Assembly (NCBI GenBank): GCA_030704615.1
Contig: CM060732.1
Location: 77,376,001-77,440,000, forward strand
Source: Takakia lepidozioides
Taxonomy: Eukaryota > Plantae > Bryophyta
DNA: 64,000 nucleotides
Direction: 5' to 3'
The translations under genes and the position numbers were made by a program. This document shows positions 25,601-37,449 of this stretch, piece after piece. The notes under the pieces were generated by a model. It had not been told where the DNA came from and did not search any database. It worked only from the letters and a program-made list of their open reading frames with translations. Each line of letters opens with the position of its first letter. The stretch's first letter is position 1.

Positions 25601-27480
25601 ATTCTATCAGACTTGTTGGGGCTCCCCAAGAGATAGTCAACCACGCTTTGGCCCTTGTACGTGTGGCAAGTGAACTGGCTGGAGGATTTGAAGTTGGTTG
25701 TTCCATTGTAAATGGCCAGCCCTTAGTTTCACAAAACTTGAGTAGATGGTGACCATAACTTGTGATTTCGCAAGAGGAATCTGCACTTTGTCTCTCCAAT
25801 TCCGTATGCGAGCGTTCGATGTGTAGAGGATCTGTGTGGTCGAAGGTGGGGGCCTGTAGTGATCCTGTACGGGCGTTGAAATCTCCAACCAAGAAAATGT
25901 CCGTTTGTGGGGTACGGAGACGGGCCATATCGTCTTCCAATGGAACATATGGTGAATCTGTTCGAATATGCAGGCCGCTGTGTGGAGATGCAGCCGGAGC
26001 AAAATAACATCCCGCCAGCACGATGTTGTAGCCTTTGATGTGACACCAAATGTACCTTGTGAGTGGGTCTTTGTATGGGAAGGAGATAAGTGGGAGAAGC
26101 CAGTCAGCAAAGTAACAAGCCACACCTCCAGATCCTTTGAGACCTGTACGTGGACGAATCACTGACTGAAAGCTATAACCGAGAATAAAAGGGGGGTCTT
26201 TTCCTTCATACGCATGAGTTTCCAAAAGAAAAACAACATCACACTTGGAAATAATATCTAGAAGCCCTTGAGGGTGGCTCCACAACGAGCCATTACAGTT
26301 CCATGAGCCAATGTATAGATGTGAGCGTGCGTTGGTCTCATGGTGCCCCAACCCCTATTTAGAGCTAGAGGGGCGACGTTCGTGCTCCCGAACAATTACC
26401 CTCCCATCCCGGTACACGGGATAGTGCCCCTGAGCTCGAGCTTGCTTAACCTGCAAGAGTTGCGCCCGCATGGCGTTGTATTGCAAAGGGGTCAAGTCAT
26501 CGTTGAGGTACATACCCTGACCTCTCAATTGAGGCCTCTGCCTGAGGATTCTATCCCGAGTACCCTTGTCCTTGAATCTAATGAAGAGGACTTTGTGCTC
26601 TGAAGATCATGCATGCCAAGCCCTTTCAATGCCACTCGCGCCCCGTGGGAGAGCAAGGTTTTGCTGCATAAGGCTGGTGGCAGCATCAAGAAGGTCCCCC
26701 TCAGCAAGGCCCCCTAGCTTCCCAGTGACCCTGATGTTAAGGGCTTTGAAAGCCCGTTGCTGCAAGGTAGCCGAGACTGTCTCCTCCAGAGAGTGAGGAC
26801 TGTTGTTGGATGTGCTCCCCTTAACTATATCAGCCCAGGAGGAGGCCTCTGCCTTGTGAGCTTGGAGCTCCCGATCCATTGTAGACGTCGCAGTTCTGTG
26901 TGTTTCCAGCTCTTTGCTAAGGGATTCCACCTGCAGGTGGATGCTTGCTGTGAGGGGATCTGGGAGGCTCTTCTCTGTGAAGGTCTTCACTTCGCCTTCA
27001 AGTTTTGAAAGACCCGTATGTGTGGATTTGTCATTGAGATGTTTCGCCAGACCTTGAAGTTTGCTAGTGCACTCCTGAAGAGAGGCCCACAAAACGCTGT
27101 CATGAACTCGCATATTGTTCTCCAAGTCTGTGTCTCTGTCTGTCATGCGCTTCTGCCAATCTTTGTCCAAGGAAGTCATGCGTTTCTGACAATCTTTGTC
27201 CAAGGAATCCATGTGTTTTTCCCAATTTTTGTTAAGGGAAGCCATCCGCGTCTCCCAGTCTTTGTCTAGGGAAGCCAACCGCTCCTCCGAGTCACTGTCA
27301 CGGGCAGCGAGCACTTGGTGCAGAGTCTCCTCCGAGATGCATTTCGTTTGTAAGATAGAGATTTGGTCCCGAAGCGTTTGAACATCAGCACTCCTTGTGG
27401 AGTACTGACGCAAAGGAGAGGCTAGTTGAGAGACAGGGGCAGGAAGAAGAAGCAGAAGGGATCAGGTCGACGTGAGAGAG
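22625..27480 (-). mobile_element. Near full-length non-LTR retrotransposon (LINE, possibly RTEX/CR1-like): ORF1 plus APE-RT-CCHC ORF2; ends approximate
   Basis: ORF1 from 27413 (coiled coil, in-frame stop at 26607, then LFIRFKDK...YLNDDLTP). Endonuclease SWNCNG/LLETH/GDFNAR/SDHSP; RT QAGFR/KAFDSV/GVKQGCPLSP/YADD; C-terminus LRIETGRW...CPAC...EEHFFFYC. Several frameshifts. Confidence 0.93.
27118..27282 (-). repeat. 33-bp (11-aa) tandem repeat, about 5 units, in LINE ORF1
   Basis: RLASLDKDWET/RMASLNKNWEK/HMDSLDKDCQK/RMTSLDKDWQK/RMTDRDTDLEN. Confidence 0.85.
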
Positions 27481-27599
27481 ACGGGTAGTCTACCTCGTCG
27501 GCAGCCGTCCTTTGGCATTTGGACGTCATGGTGTGGTGGAGGTGGCACTAGCGCGCCAACGCCCGGTAATGTTGTCAGAAATGTAACTGAGGAAGACAA

Positions 27600-28398
27600 A
27601 ATGAGGCATCAATAATCGGTCATCTTCATTCAATCAAAGTCTGTCACACAAAAGGCATTGGCTATGTGTTGTTATGAACTTGGAGCACTTAAAAGTCTCC
27701 GTTGGACATCTAAGTCACGGGTCCTCAATTTCGGATGAGGTCCATGGATACAGACGATGGAACTGATCAACCAAAATTGCACTGCTCTCGCAGTCAACGT
27801 CCGACCTCATCAGTCATGATCACATAGAAGAGTAAACATCTTAAATCTGCAAGTTACTATGGTCGGTTAGCTTCTTCTGCAAATAAGTAGGTCTATCAGG
27901 ACTTCCCATCCAGCAATAAATTAGTCTCCGCAGTGCAGTGAAGTCTGTGTTGGACATCTTACAGATCCAATTGTCCTTGAGACCGGCTTGGATTACCATC
28001 ACTGCTACATGAGGCTTTGCCGTCTGGCGTATCCGTCTCCGAGGCTGATCTAACAACTGATACAATCTTAGAGGCACTTGCGGCCTCCTGCATGTCTGAT
28101 ACAGGTGGGAGAGTCATGACTCTCCCCTTCCAGTCCCCCAGAAGGATTTTACTCATAAATGAAAATATCATCTTCTCCACCGTTGGAAATCCGGTGGCCT
28201 CCTGCGCATGCCTGCTTGCCACATGACTATAGTAATCAATGAACTCGAAAGTTGCTATGATCTGGCTCCATATTTTGGACACCATTCGGAACTTTATTGC
28301 TTCAAAGGCAATCTAGCCACTACCATTACTAGGAGGAAATTGGGCAACACCTGATGGTCGGCAGAGTCTGCATTCATGTTGTCACGCTGATTCGCCAT
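27600..28398 (-). pseudogene. F-box protein pseudogene
   Basis: ATG at 28398: MANQRDNMNADSADHQVLPNFLLVMVVARLP / frameshift / EAIKFRMVSKIWSQIIATFEF, matching the F-box pattern LP..LL....ARLP.....FR.VSK.W. Confidence 0.65.
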
Positions 28399-29397
28399 AG
28401 CGAAATGGGAAGACAGAGCCTTAGAGTAAATGAGATACTGAACAAGTACAAAATGCTGCACCTACAAAGTCCGATCTCCCAAGTGCAAGAGATCGCAAAC
28501 AAAGCGCCCTGGAGAGAGACACAAAGATCCAGCTACCGCTCAATTTAAGCAACTCGCTCAGTCGAATATTCGAGAAATCCCTACACACAACAGGATCGGT
28601 AGAATATTCGAAAAATCCCTACACCTGTAAGCAACTCGCTTGGTCGAATATTCAAAAATTTCCTACAGCATTTTGCAACACTCAGCATTTGGTAGCATTT
28701 TGTACTCATTCAGTAGTCTGTCGTTTTCTCTAAGAATCTATCTCCCCATTTCGCCATGGCGGATCAGCTTAGCAACATGAATGCAGATTCTAGCGACCGT
28801 GTAAGGCTCTATCTCCCCTTGGCTATACCACTCGCATATAATCTCAATTGCACTTGCAGAGTGTTGCTCAAGTTGAAAATCGGATTGAGGAACAAGGAAA
28901 CATGACACCTGCTAGTAAGCAACAAGGAAAAGTAGTCCTACCCCAGAGTAGTCAGTGGGATACTGTGTTGAGAAGATGAATGTTCATGTCCATAGACTTC
29001 ACACACAAACTACTGGCATGTATGTATGTTCATGTACATAGACTTCACATGACAGAAACTACTGGCATGTAATCTCAAAAACTTAAAGACATAAGCTCCA
29101 GAACAAAATTGAGCCAAAAAAAAAATCGAAACGTGTCAGAAACCCCCAATGAAAGGCAGTGTAAACCTATTTATTGGCTTAAAATTAATTTAAATTCAAT
29201 TACATTATGGAATGGCTTGGTGTCGATGGGAAGGCAAATGATTTATTCGTCTGTTGTGTCTCGCACACATGTTCAAGCACATGCGGGCAAAAGAGGGGCT
29301 TCAACCACATCCGTTCAATGGGTGCAATAGCCGTGCATGCATTGCAAGATTTTTTTTTTCGCAATGAACAAAAACCAGATGACAACTGAACGCCTCA

Positions 29398-29623
29398 TTG
29401 GCCCATCGAACAAATTTCGATTGATCTCATATTACACTGGGACCTATCAGAGGGTACATTGAACACACTGGCCAAGTCTCAAAGCGAACGAAAATCATTT
29501 GGATGGGCAACCATCCGTTGGCCCATTGAACGAATTTCGATTGATCTCATATTACTCTGGGGCCTCTTCCATGGTACATTGAATATACTGGCCAAGTCTC
29601 AAAGCGAACCAAAATCATTTGGA
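29398..29623. repeat. Direct tandem duplication with ~120-bp period in AT-rich transposon-end-like DNA
   Basis: ttggccc...tttcgattgatctcatattac...ctggccaagtctcaaagcgaac...aatcatttgga occurs twice. Confidence 0.8.
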
Positions 29624-30213
29624 GGCAAATGATTTATTTGTCTGTTCATTTGGTGATTAATCGTTAATGGTGAAAAGGATAAACCAAAGGTTCCTTGATA
29701 ATAAAAAAAATTGAATGATTTGAAATTTTGCCAGTATGTTCTACATGCCTCTTACATGGACCGGACAAGTATGAGATCAATAAAAAATGGTTCACAAGAG
29801 GAACCAATGGTTACTTGATGTGCCAATTTCTGAATGCTTTCAAACTTTGCCATTGCATTGTACATGCCATCTTAAAGGTACCGGACAAGTATGAGTTCGA
29901 TTTAAAATATTGCAATGGGTGAACCAATGGTATCTTCATTCAGCAATTTTTGATTGTTTTGAAACTTTGCCAGTATGTTGTACATGTCGTCAAACAGGTA
30001 CCGAACAAGTATGAGGTCATTCAAAAAATGGTTCAAAGGATGAACCTCGTATTTCCCAAAATTACGTAGACTATACAGTGGGTTGCACATTTAAGTTTTC
30101 GCAACCTGAGACCTTTGGCCTACTCCCTACGTTTCTAGCCTTTCTAGTCATCTTCATCTAGATTTATTACTTCGTTGTCGTTATCTCCAGATGTTGATGA
30201 AGATGCTCCGGGT

Positions 30214-30476
30214 GTAGAGGACGTGCCTCCACTAGTACGGAGAGCTCGAGCCTGGGCTCGAGTGGTCAAAGAGGGACCCAGTGTTGTGTGGTCCACCCTT
30301 GCCTTCATGCGTAGCGTTCTAGGCGAGTGCTGACTCTCTTCCACATTTGCCAGAGCCGGGTGTGTCGCTCTTGCTACGGCGGCATGCAATTTTTCAATTA
30401 AATCCGATATGTTTGGAAGTGGCAAGAACACCCCTGGAATAGGGGCAACTTGGTCACGTCATGTGTTCTGCCAATA
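30214..30476. repeat. 263-bp direct duplication flanking the gypsy insertion (partner at 34593-34855)
   Basis: Identical except for two substitutions seen by eye. Confidence 0.92.
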
Positions 30477-33400
30477 TGTCGTGCGCATACATATCGCTAC
30501 ACAACTACATCGCTGTCCAAACCACACCACACATATATGCACAATAAAGTAGTCTGCCACAATGATAGAAAACCAACGAACACACTGTTTACACAAAACA
30601 TGAAAACCAAACCATCACTCTTAGAAATAGTAGTCGAGCCAGGGGCACCCCAAGCTATGGGGACTCCACCCCACAACAACCTACACTCCCATCATGAGTA
30701 CACTCAGATCTAAACGCATGCAAGAGCTCGGTCGCGCAGGCTCAACTCGAGAAAGATGAGCCGCGCGACTGCCGCTCTCGTGAAGATAAGACGGACCAGG
30801 TGTCAAACTAAACTTGACACCTGATTAAACACTTGACCTAAATCCAAGTGTTAAATACAAATAACTAGTTTTATTCTAGCTGTTTTCACACTGTGCTTAT
30901 TTAACTTGACAGCTGTCGTGTGCATACATATCGCTACACAACTACATCGCTGTCCAAACCACACCACACATATATGCACAATAAAGTAGTCTGCCACAAT
31001 CGCCCCCCTAGCTGGTGGATAAGTCCCTCTACCTCCAGATAGCTACAAGATGTAATAGCCACAGCCGTACTAAGTCCTCTATCACTGTCCCTATTGTACT
31101 CAAACTCTATAGACCAAGAGGCCGGGTACAAGAGTAGCCCCATCGTTAGTCGCCATCTTGCAATCTGTGAACTTAAGCCAGGACCTCGTGTGTTCAAGGT
31201 CTCCTAGTAGCTGGGCCTTGCGTTTCTTGTTAGCCTTCCATGGTTGTATCCACTCCCACTATCCAATGCAATGTGGACATAACCAATCCCCATCCGGAAC
31301 CATCTCAAGAGGTGGAGTCAAGCATCCCATATGCCAACCTCTAGAGCATCGATCGCACACCAGTATAGTGGCTGTCCCTTTAGAAGACCCACACAACATG
31401 CACCTCAAACCTGCAGATACCACTACCAGGTTTGGGTCAATCCTGCCATCAACATTCGGAAGGTGACATGGCGCACAATTACGCACATGGTCCTTCCAAG
31501 TTATGCCATCCCGACCCTCCAAGACCAAGACGCCTGAGGGCAAGACCTCTCGAACCCTCAAAATAACACGTCCTGCAGTCACATCCAGGGTCGTAGGAGC
31601 AGTCTGCTGCAGATAGACATAGTCACCAGGGTTGAATCTCCGAACCCCAGGACGATAGCCCCCACCACGTATGGTAGCATACCTCAACGTATCACGGTGT
31701 TGTGCAATGGCAAGGTTCTCGAAAGCCATGGGCATGACTCTCTTGAACAACTCTGCACGCTGCTCACATGCACGTGCCCACACGTCCGGATCGTCAAGGT
31801 TAAAAACTGTAGCAGCTTCTCTGCGAATGGATGTAGGCAAATCCGGCTCTCGGCCAAAGAGAAGAAAGTATGGTGAGAAGGAGGCAAGTGATGCTTGCTT
31901 GCTGAACCTGTAGCCCATGGCTAACCAGGGTAACTGAAGGTCCCAATCTCCTAGGTGTCCCTTCTGCAAGCCATACTTGCGCAAACCCCTCTTTACTGTC
32001 TGAACAACTCTCTCTGCCAAGCCATCGGCTTCAGGATGATCCCGAGAAGTGGTGCGGTGGTCTATCAAGGCCTTGTCACACAAAGCCTGAAACTCCCCCA
32101 AGAACTCTCTCCCTTGGTCCGTGAGTACCTCAGCTGGAGCACCGAATCGGCTAAGCACACAATCCAGGAATGCATACGCAGCTCCCTCACTAGCCTTATC
32201 AGGCAATGGAACCAATTCAATCCACTTGGAGAAGTGCTCCACCATCACCAACACGTACTTGTTGTGGCGCATGGTCAGTGGCAACGGCCCTGCGAAGTCA
32301 AGACTCCACCTGTAGCCCAATCCCATGATCGGAAGAGGGTGCAATTGTGGAGTAGGGGCGTTGAATGAAGCACGCACCCTGTCACACACCATGCACCTAG
32401 CCACAAATTGTTGCACCTCTGTGTGCATACCACGCCACCAATACTGCCCCTGCAGTAGACTATGAGTGCGTCGCACCCCAAAATGCCCCAACTCCTCATG
32501 GGCATGCCGCACTAACCGTGCCCGCTGTGTTGGGTGAGGCACAATCCTCACTCGACCATCCTCCCACACTCGGAGCAGGTGTGTCCCCTCCCACCTGAAC
32601 CTCTTGGCTCGTTGTAGGATCCGATCCCTCTCCTTGGCAGTCATAGTGGCTGCCGTGTCTCCACTGCGGAGGTAGTCCAACACAACTGAATCCTCATGTA
32701 TATCTTTGGCGCCACCCTGCTCATTGCTGGCCTCAGGGTCCTCAGACACTTGATCTACAGTCATCCCTGTTGTAGGTCCAACCTGGCCTTCCGCTGCCAA
32801 GATACACAGAAATGCAGATGCATGCCATCCGGGCACCATCTCCTCGTCCGTCTCACCATGCCACCGAGCTCCAGTGTCATCCTGCTGGCTCGTGCATGGA
32901 TTGCGACTCAACCCATCTGCATTTCGATTGACCAAACCCGGTCGATGCACCACCTGAAAGTCATACTCTTGAAGGATGAGTGCCCACCGTGCAAGCTTCC
33001 CCGTAAGCTTGTCTGACTCCATCAACCACTTGAGTGGTTGGTGATCCGTGACAAGGGTGAAGAGATTGCCGTATAGATAGCACCTGAAGTGTGCCACGGC
33101 CCACACTGCAGCTAAGCATTCTCCCTCATATGAGCTATACTTAGACTCTGCAGCATTGTTCGAGCGGCTAGCATAAGCCACTACGAACTCTCTTCCCTCA
33201 TCATCCACCTGTGTGAGCACCGCTCCAAGCCCCAGCATGCTCCAATCTGTATGCAGCTGAAAAGGACGCCCCCTGATAGGTCGTCTCAAGATGGGCGCCG
33301 AGGTCAACCTCGCCTTGAGCTCTTGAAAAGCTTGTTCTTGCTCATCTTCCCACTGCCACTCCTGGTCCACCTTGGTCAGCTTGGTTAGAGCCTTTGCAAT

Positions 33401-34592
33401 GGCACTAAATCCCTTAACAAACCGTCTGTAATAGTTTGCTAACCCCATGAAAGCTCGAACTCGGCTCACATCCGTGGGGCGTGGAACCTGTGCAATGGAC
33501 TCTACCTTAGTCTGCTGTACCCCCAATCCTCCAGGATATATCATGTGACCCAGATACTCAATCTGGTTGTGGAAAAACTTGCACTTGCCCGGATGTAACT
33601 TCAATCCGTGCGTCCTCAAGCGCTCAAATACCCCCTGAAGGTGTCTCTCATGCTCCTCCACCGTAGCACTAAAGATGATGATGTCATCTATGTAGCACCG
33701 AGCAAACTCCACCCCTGCTAGAATCCTGTCCATGACTCTTTGAAACTCAGCGGGAGCGTTTTTAAGCCCAAATGGTAAGAACCGCCACTGGTATAGGCAA
33801 TCCTTCCCGTGCTCATTGATCCCCCAGAATGCCGTCTTTTGCTTATCCGCCTCCTTGATCGGCAACTGGTGATATCCGGATCGTAAATCCAACGTGCTAA
33901 AGACCTTGGAATGCCCAATGGCATCAAAGATCTCCTCTGGTGTTGGCATGGCATACCTATCGGACTTGGTCTGACGATTTACAGGGCGGTAATCACCGCA
34001 CATACGTCTCTCCGTCCAATTGCCATAGACATCCTTCTTAGCTGGCATCACTGTGGCTGAAGCATACTCTCCACCAGAAAGCTCCACCAAACCTGCCTCC
34101 CAGAGATCTTGAGTCCTCATCTGAATCAAAGACCTCTCCATGTCACTGTATCTATAGGGTCTCCGAAAGATTGGCGTGTCAGTGGCCAACTCAATACGGA
34201 TCTCTTGACCCTTCAGTCCTCCCAAGTCCTTCAAACTGAAGGCAAAGCAATTCCTGTAAGCCCTCAGGAACCGCCGTATACGTCGTCTCTCTCCTCCGGT
34301 GACAATGGGTCCAATGTCAGGCTCCCAATTGTCCTCCGTAACTGCAACCTTAAGTCCAGTGGGCTTAGAGGTAGAGGACGCGTCCCGTGGTTGCTATGCT
34401 GCAACCTCTTGAGCAGTACCCCCTTCCTGCTCAATCAATGACAAGGCCTCATCCTGCCCCATCATCTCATCATTGAGAACCTCCTCATCTCGAGAAGAAT
34501 CCCCAACCTCATCCATCACAGCTGCCTTCGCTGCCAACTCCCTCTAAACCTCGAGCACCTCCCACGTGTGCCATGGATGTCTACACCTCGTG
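30477..34592 (-). mobile_element. 5'-truncated Ty3/gypsy element: pol, PPT and 3' LTR (30477-30998)
   Basis: PPT TAGGGGGGCGAT (-) abuts the LTR at 30998; no gag, PBS or 5' LTR seen. Confidence 0.9.
31259..34234 (-). CDS. Uninterrupted gypsy pol ORF: RT, RNase H, integrase and C-terminal PHD finger
   Basis: RMCGDYR, YIDD, LHTDWS, HEELGH...CMVC, DFAGP/TDQG/ERVV, then CMLC...CDRC...WHMGC...WLCPHC (C4HC3). Confidence 0.93.
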   Translation of the reverse strand: MKDLGGLKGQEIRIELATDTPIFRRPYRYSDMERSLIQMRTQDLWEAGLVELSGGEYASATVMPAKKDVYGNWTERRMCGDYRPVNRQTKSDRYAMPTPEEIFDAIGHSKVFSTLDLRSGYHQLPIKEADKQKTAFWGINEHGKDCLYQWRFLPFGLKNAPAEFQRVMDRILAGVEFARCYIDDIIIFSATVEEHERHLQGVFERLRTHGLKLHPGKCKFFHNQIEYLGHMIYPGGLGVQQTKVESIAQVPRPTDVSRVRAFMGLANYYRRFVKGFSAIAKALTKLTKVDQEWQWEDEQEQAFQELKARLTSAPILRRPIRGRPFQLHTDWSMLGLGAVLTQVDDEGREFVVAYASRSNNAAESKYSSYEGECLAAVWAVAHFRCYLYGNLFTLVTDHQPLKWLMESDKLTGKLARWALILQEYDFQVVHRPGLVNRNADGLSRNPCTSQQDDTGARWHGETDEEMVPGWHASAFLCILAAEGQVGPTTGMTVDQVSEDPEASNEQGGAKDIHEDSVVLDYLRSGDTAATMTAKERDRILQRAKRFRWEGTHLLRVWEDGRVRIVPHPTQRARLVRHAHEELGHFGVRRTHSLLQGQYWWRGMHTEVQQFVARCMVCDRVRASFNAPTPQLHPLPIMGLGYRWSLDFAGPLPLTMRHNKYVLVMVEHFSKWIELVPLPDKASEGAAYAFLDCVLSRFGAPAEVLTDQGREFLGEFQALCDKALIDHRTTSRDHPEADGLAERVVQTVKRGLRKYGLQKGHLGDWDLQLPWLAMGYRFSKQASLASFSPYFLLFGREPDLPTSIRREAATVFNLDDPDVWARACEQRAELFKRVMPMAFENLAIAQHRDTLRYATIRGGGYRPGVRRFNPGDYVYLQQTAPTTLDVTAGRVILRVREVLPSGVLVLEGRDGITWKDHVRNCAPCHLPNVDGRIDPNLVVVSAGLRCMLCGSSKGTATILVCDRCSRGWHMGCLTPPLEMVPDGDWLCPHCIG

Positions 34593-37449
34593 GTAGAGGA
34601 CGTGCCTCCACTAGTACGGAGAGCTCGAGCCTGGGCTCGAGTGGTCAAAGAGGGACCCAGTGTTGTGTGGTCCACCCTTGCCTTCATGCGTAGCGTTCTA
34701 GGCGAGTGCTGACTCTCTTCCACATTTGCCAGAGCCGGGTGTGTCGCTCTTGCTACGACGGCATGCAATTTTTCAATTAAATCCGATATGTTTGGAAGTG
34801 GCAAGAACACCCCTGGAATAGGGGCAACTTGGTCACGTCATGTGTTATGCCAATACTTTACAACACTCGTGATGGCAGCCTTGAAATTGTCCAACTCGGT
34901 CTCTGCGCAACTCTGGAAGAAATGACCATTCATCCCGACGAGGCACCCAGTATGTCTCATTCATATCCTACCAACGGATGCTAGCGGCCTCCAACTCCCT
35001 CAGAAATAGATCTCTCCCAATCGGTTCACAATTGTATGGGGCGTTTTCCGCTGGCACCCACGGATCCTCAGGCAGTCGGAAGAATCTTTGTCTGGTACAG
35101 CTCCAATGCCCTCCCAAGTTCTGGCAAAAAAACTCCATTTGGACTGGGTCCCGTATGCCTCTAGCACGCACGGTTATTTCCCAGTTGGATGTCACCCAAA
35201 AGGCCACCGGATCTTTAACCCTAGTTAATATCTTCGCATCCAAGGCGTGCATCTCTCTTGGAGCATCCCATGTCATTGTCTCCCCCCAGTGCTGTCAATT
35301 TAAAAAATCGTAAGGCGATACATCCAATGACATGTCGTACCGGTTGTACTCGTATCCCGTGGGCATATTGTCTTGCAACCCAAACAACTCGTAGAAACGT
35401 CGATGGATTGGTCCACGGCAGTCAGGGCATTGGCTGGCTCGCATGGCTATTGATATGAGACATGCGGGATGGAACAAATGGCCACATGAACCAAGCATAT
35501 AGCCTCCCTCCGGTCCATAAGGGTTTAGGCACATTGTGCACACCGTACCATCTGTTACCCATGACGCTGGATTGCTCTGTGGTATCCTCGTCCGTTTATC
35601 TTTATAAATGTAGGCCTAGTGTTCCACTCCTCCTCTACTTCCAAATCCCAGTTTATGATGTTATTGGTATCGGAAATTGTATGCACACAGTGCTCAAACA
35701 TGGCATGCACATCACCCCATGTGGTGAATCTAGTGTACTTCGACGTGAATACATCACGCACAATGTCATGCCTTTGCAAATTAGCATAGATGTTATCTAC
35801 ACTTCGATTCGACAAACGTACTGCACGTTGGAGGGAGGACAACGCTTCTTCTATCCGTGTTTTTCGCGATGCTAGATGGCCCGCCCATGTCACCCAATTC
35901 CGCCAATTCCCTTTCAACCATGGCCACGATCGGATTTGCATGGCATTTGAGTACCGATATGCAACAGCCCTAGTTTGCTCGCGTTCCCCCACAAGCTGCT
36001 CTAATTCCTGTTCTTGGGCCGATGTAATTTGCATGGCTGAACATTCCCCAGTTTCCACTACGGGGTCCTTCTTTTTTCTTGCCCTCTCCGCCGCAAGTCT
36101 TTCTTCCTCAACCCTCGCCGGGTCTAGTTCAGACGTTTGCACTTCATTCCCATGCCCGATTGAGTCAACCCCGTCGATGACGCGGTCAATGTCCATTGGT
36201 GGCATATTCAAACGCGCCAATATGTCTTGCTCGTTGGTGATTGGCCTCGGGTCCTGAAGCATACCGTGTACGCTGTCGAGAGTCCCCAACCCCATTCTTT
36301 CCAACAACTTCGTTATTTGCCACCGTTGCAAATGAACAATGTCCTGCAGGTCTTTGGTGTGTTGTTCATGTGCGGCCAACTGTTCCTCCAACGAAGAGCG
36401 TACCTCGCCCCCCTCCACCTCAGACGTTGAAGGCTCGGCTGCGGAGACCTGTTGCGGCATATAATCTGGAGGTTGGTCTGCATTTCCTCCTTCTTCCACC
36501 TCGTTGTTTCCATCGAACTGTATGATGTCCTGCCCCTGACATATATACAAGTTTGGGATATCAGAGAACATGTATAGTCTAGTACGATGTCTCGCAGTGG
36601 CAGTTTGCGAATCCACCGATCGCAATAAAATCAACTCTGTGTACAACATGGCCGCAAATAAATACGGGACCTTGTTGTTGACGAGCGGTTGACCCCACAA
36701 TGTTGTATGTACCTCCTCTGCCTTGTTGCGGAAATGCGGGTTGACGCAGGAATGCAAGCTAGCTTGATTTTGTTTGGTTTGTGGATCATGCCTATCTCTG
36801 GGCCACAAACGATTTATGTAACACCACTCCACAAATTTCCTGCAGTCACCAAGCGACCACCGCTGCCCCAACTTCCAAATTTCCCAACCTGGTTCCGCAA
36901 GAATGTTGGGGTCATTGTATATATCCCAACGAAATTCGCGCCTGGCCCCTTTTGGTTTTTTTTTGGGAGGTCCAGGTTCATTATCATCATCCCTGGGATG
37001 ACCTCCTCTGTCTTCCTCCTCCGCCATTTATGACTCTGGCTTACCCATACTCGACAGATGTTTGCTAAGAAAAATGCTCTTCCAACCCTCCTAAATCGTA
37101 CCTAATCCTACTCCCTAATGAATCCTCCCCAAGTACTAGAGGCACGTGTCACTCCCTCGGCAGTTCTAAGTGAAATGACGCAATGTGCAATGAAAAAAAC
37201 GTGGGTGCCAGAGGAGGGCTTCCCGGGAGGTACTCAGCATCGAATTCGTCAACGGCCCAAAATACCCCCCACCCAACCAATAGCACCCCTCTCCACTTGG
37301 ACTCAATGACAAGGAATGCAACATCCCATCGCCCACTAAGTCCTGGTGTGGAGAAAAGTGAGGGAGACAATGGCCTGCAAGGCCTTATAAGCCCTCCCTC
37401 CACACCCGGGGTGCGCGCTGTCATCATGACTGCGCACGCTAGTAATAGT

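Larger units (their letters stand above)
30144..37027 (-). pseudogene. Long intronless gene (coiled coil, RING-H2, acidic tail) broken by stops/frameshifts and by the gypsy insertion
   Basis: ORF 35555-37027 frameshifts into CTMC...CGHLFHPAC...CPDC (C3H2C3), continues through 34968-35276 and 34593-34860, and ends at 30144 with ...NEVINLDEDD*. Confidence 0.7.
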
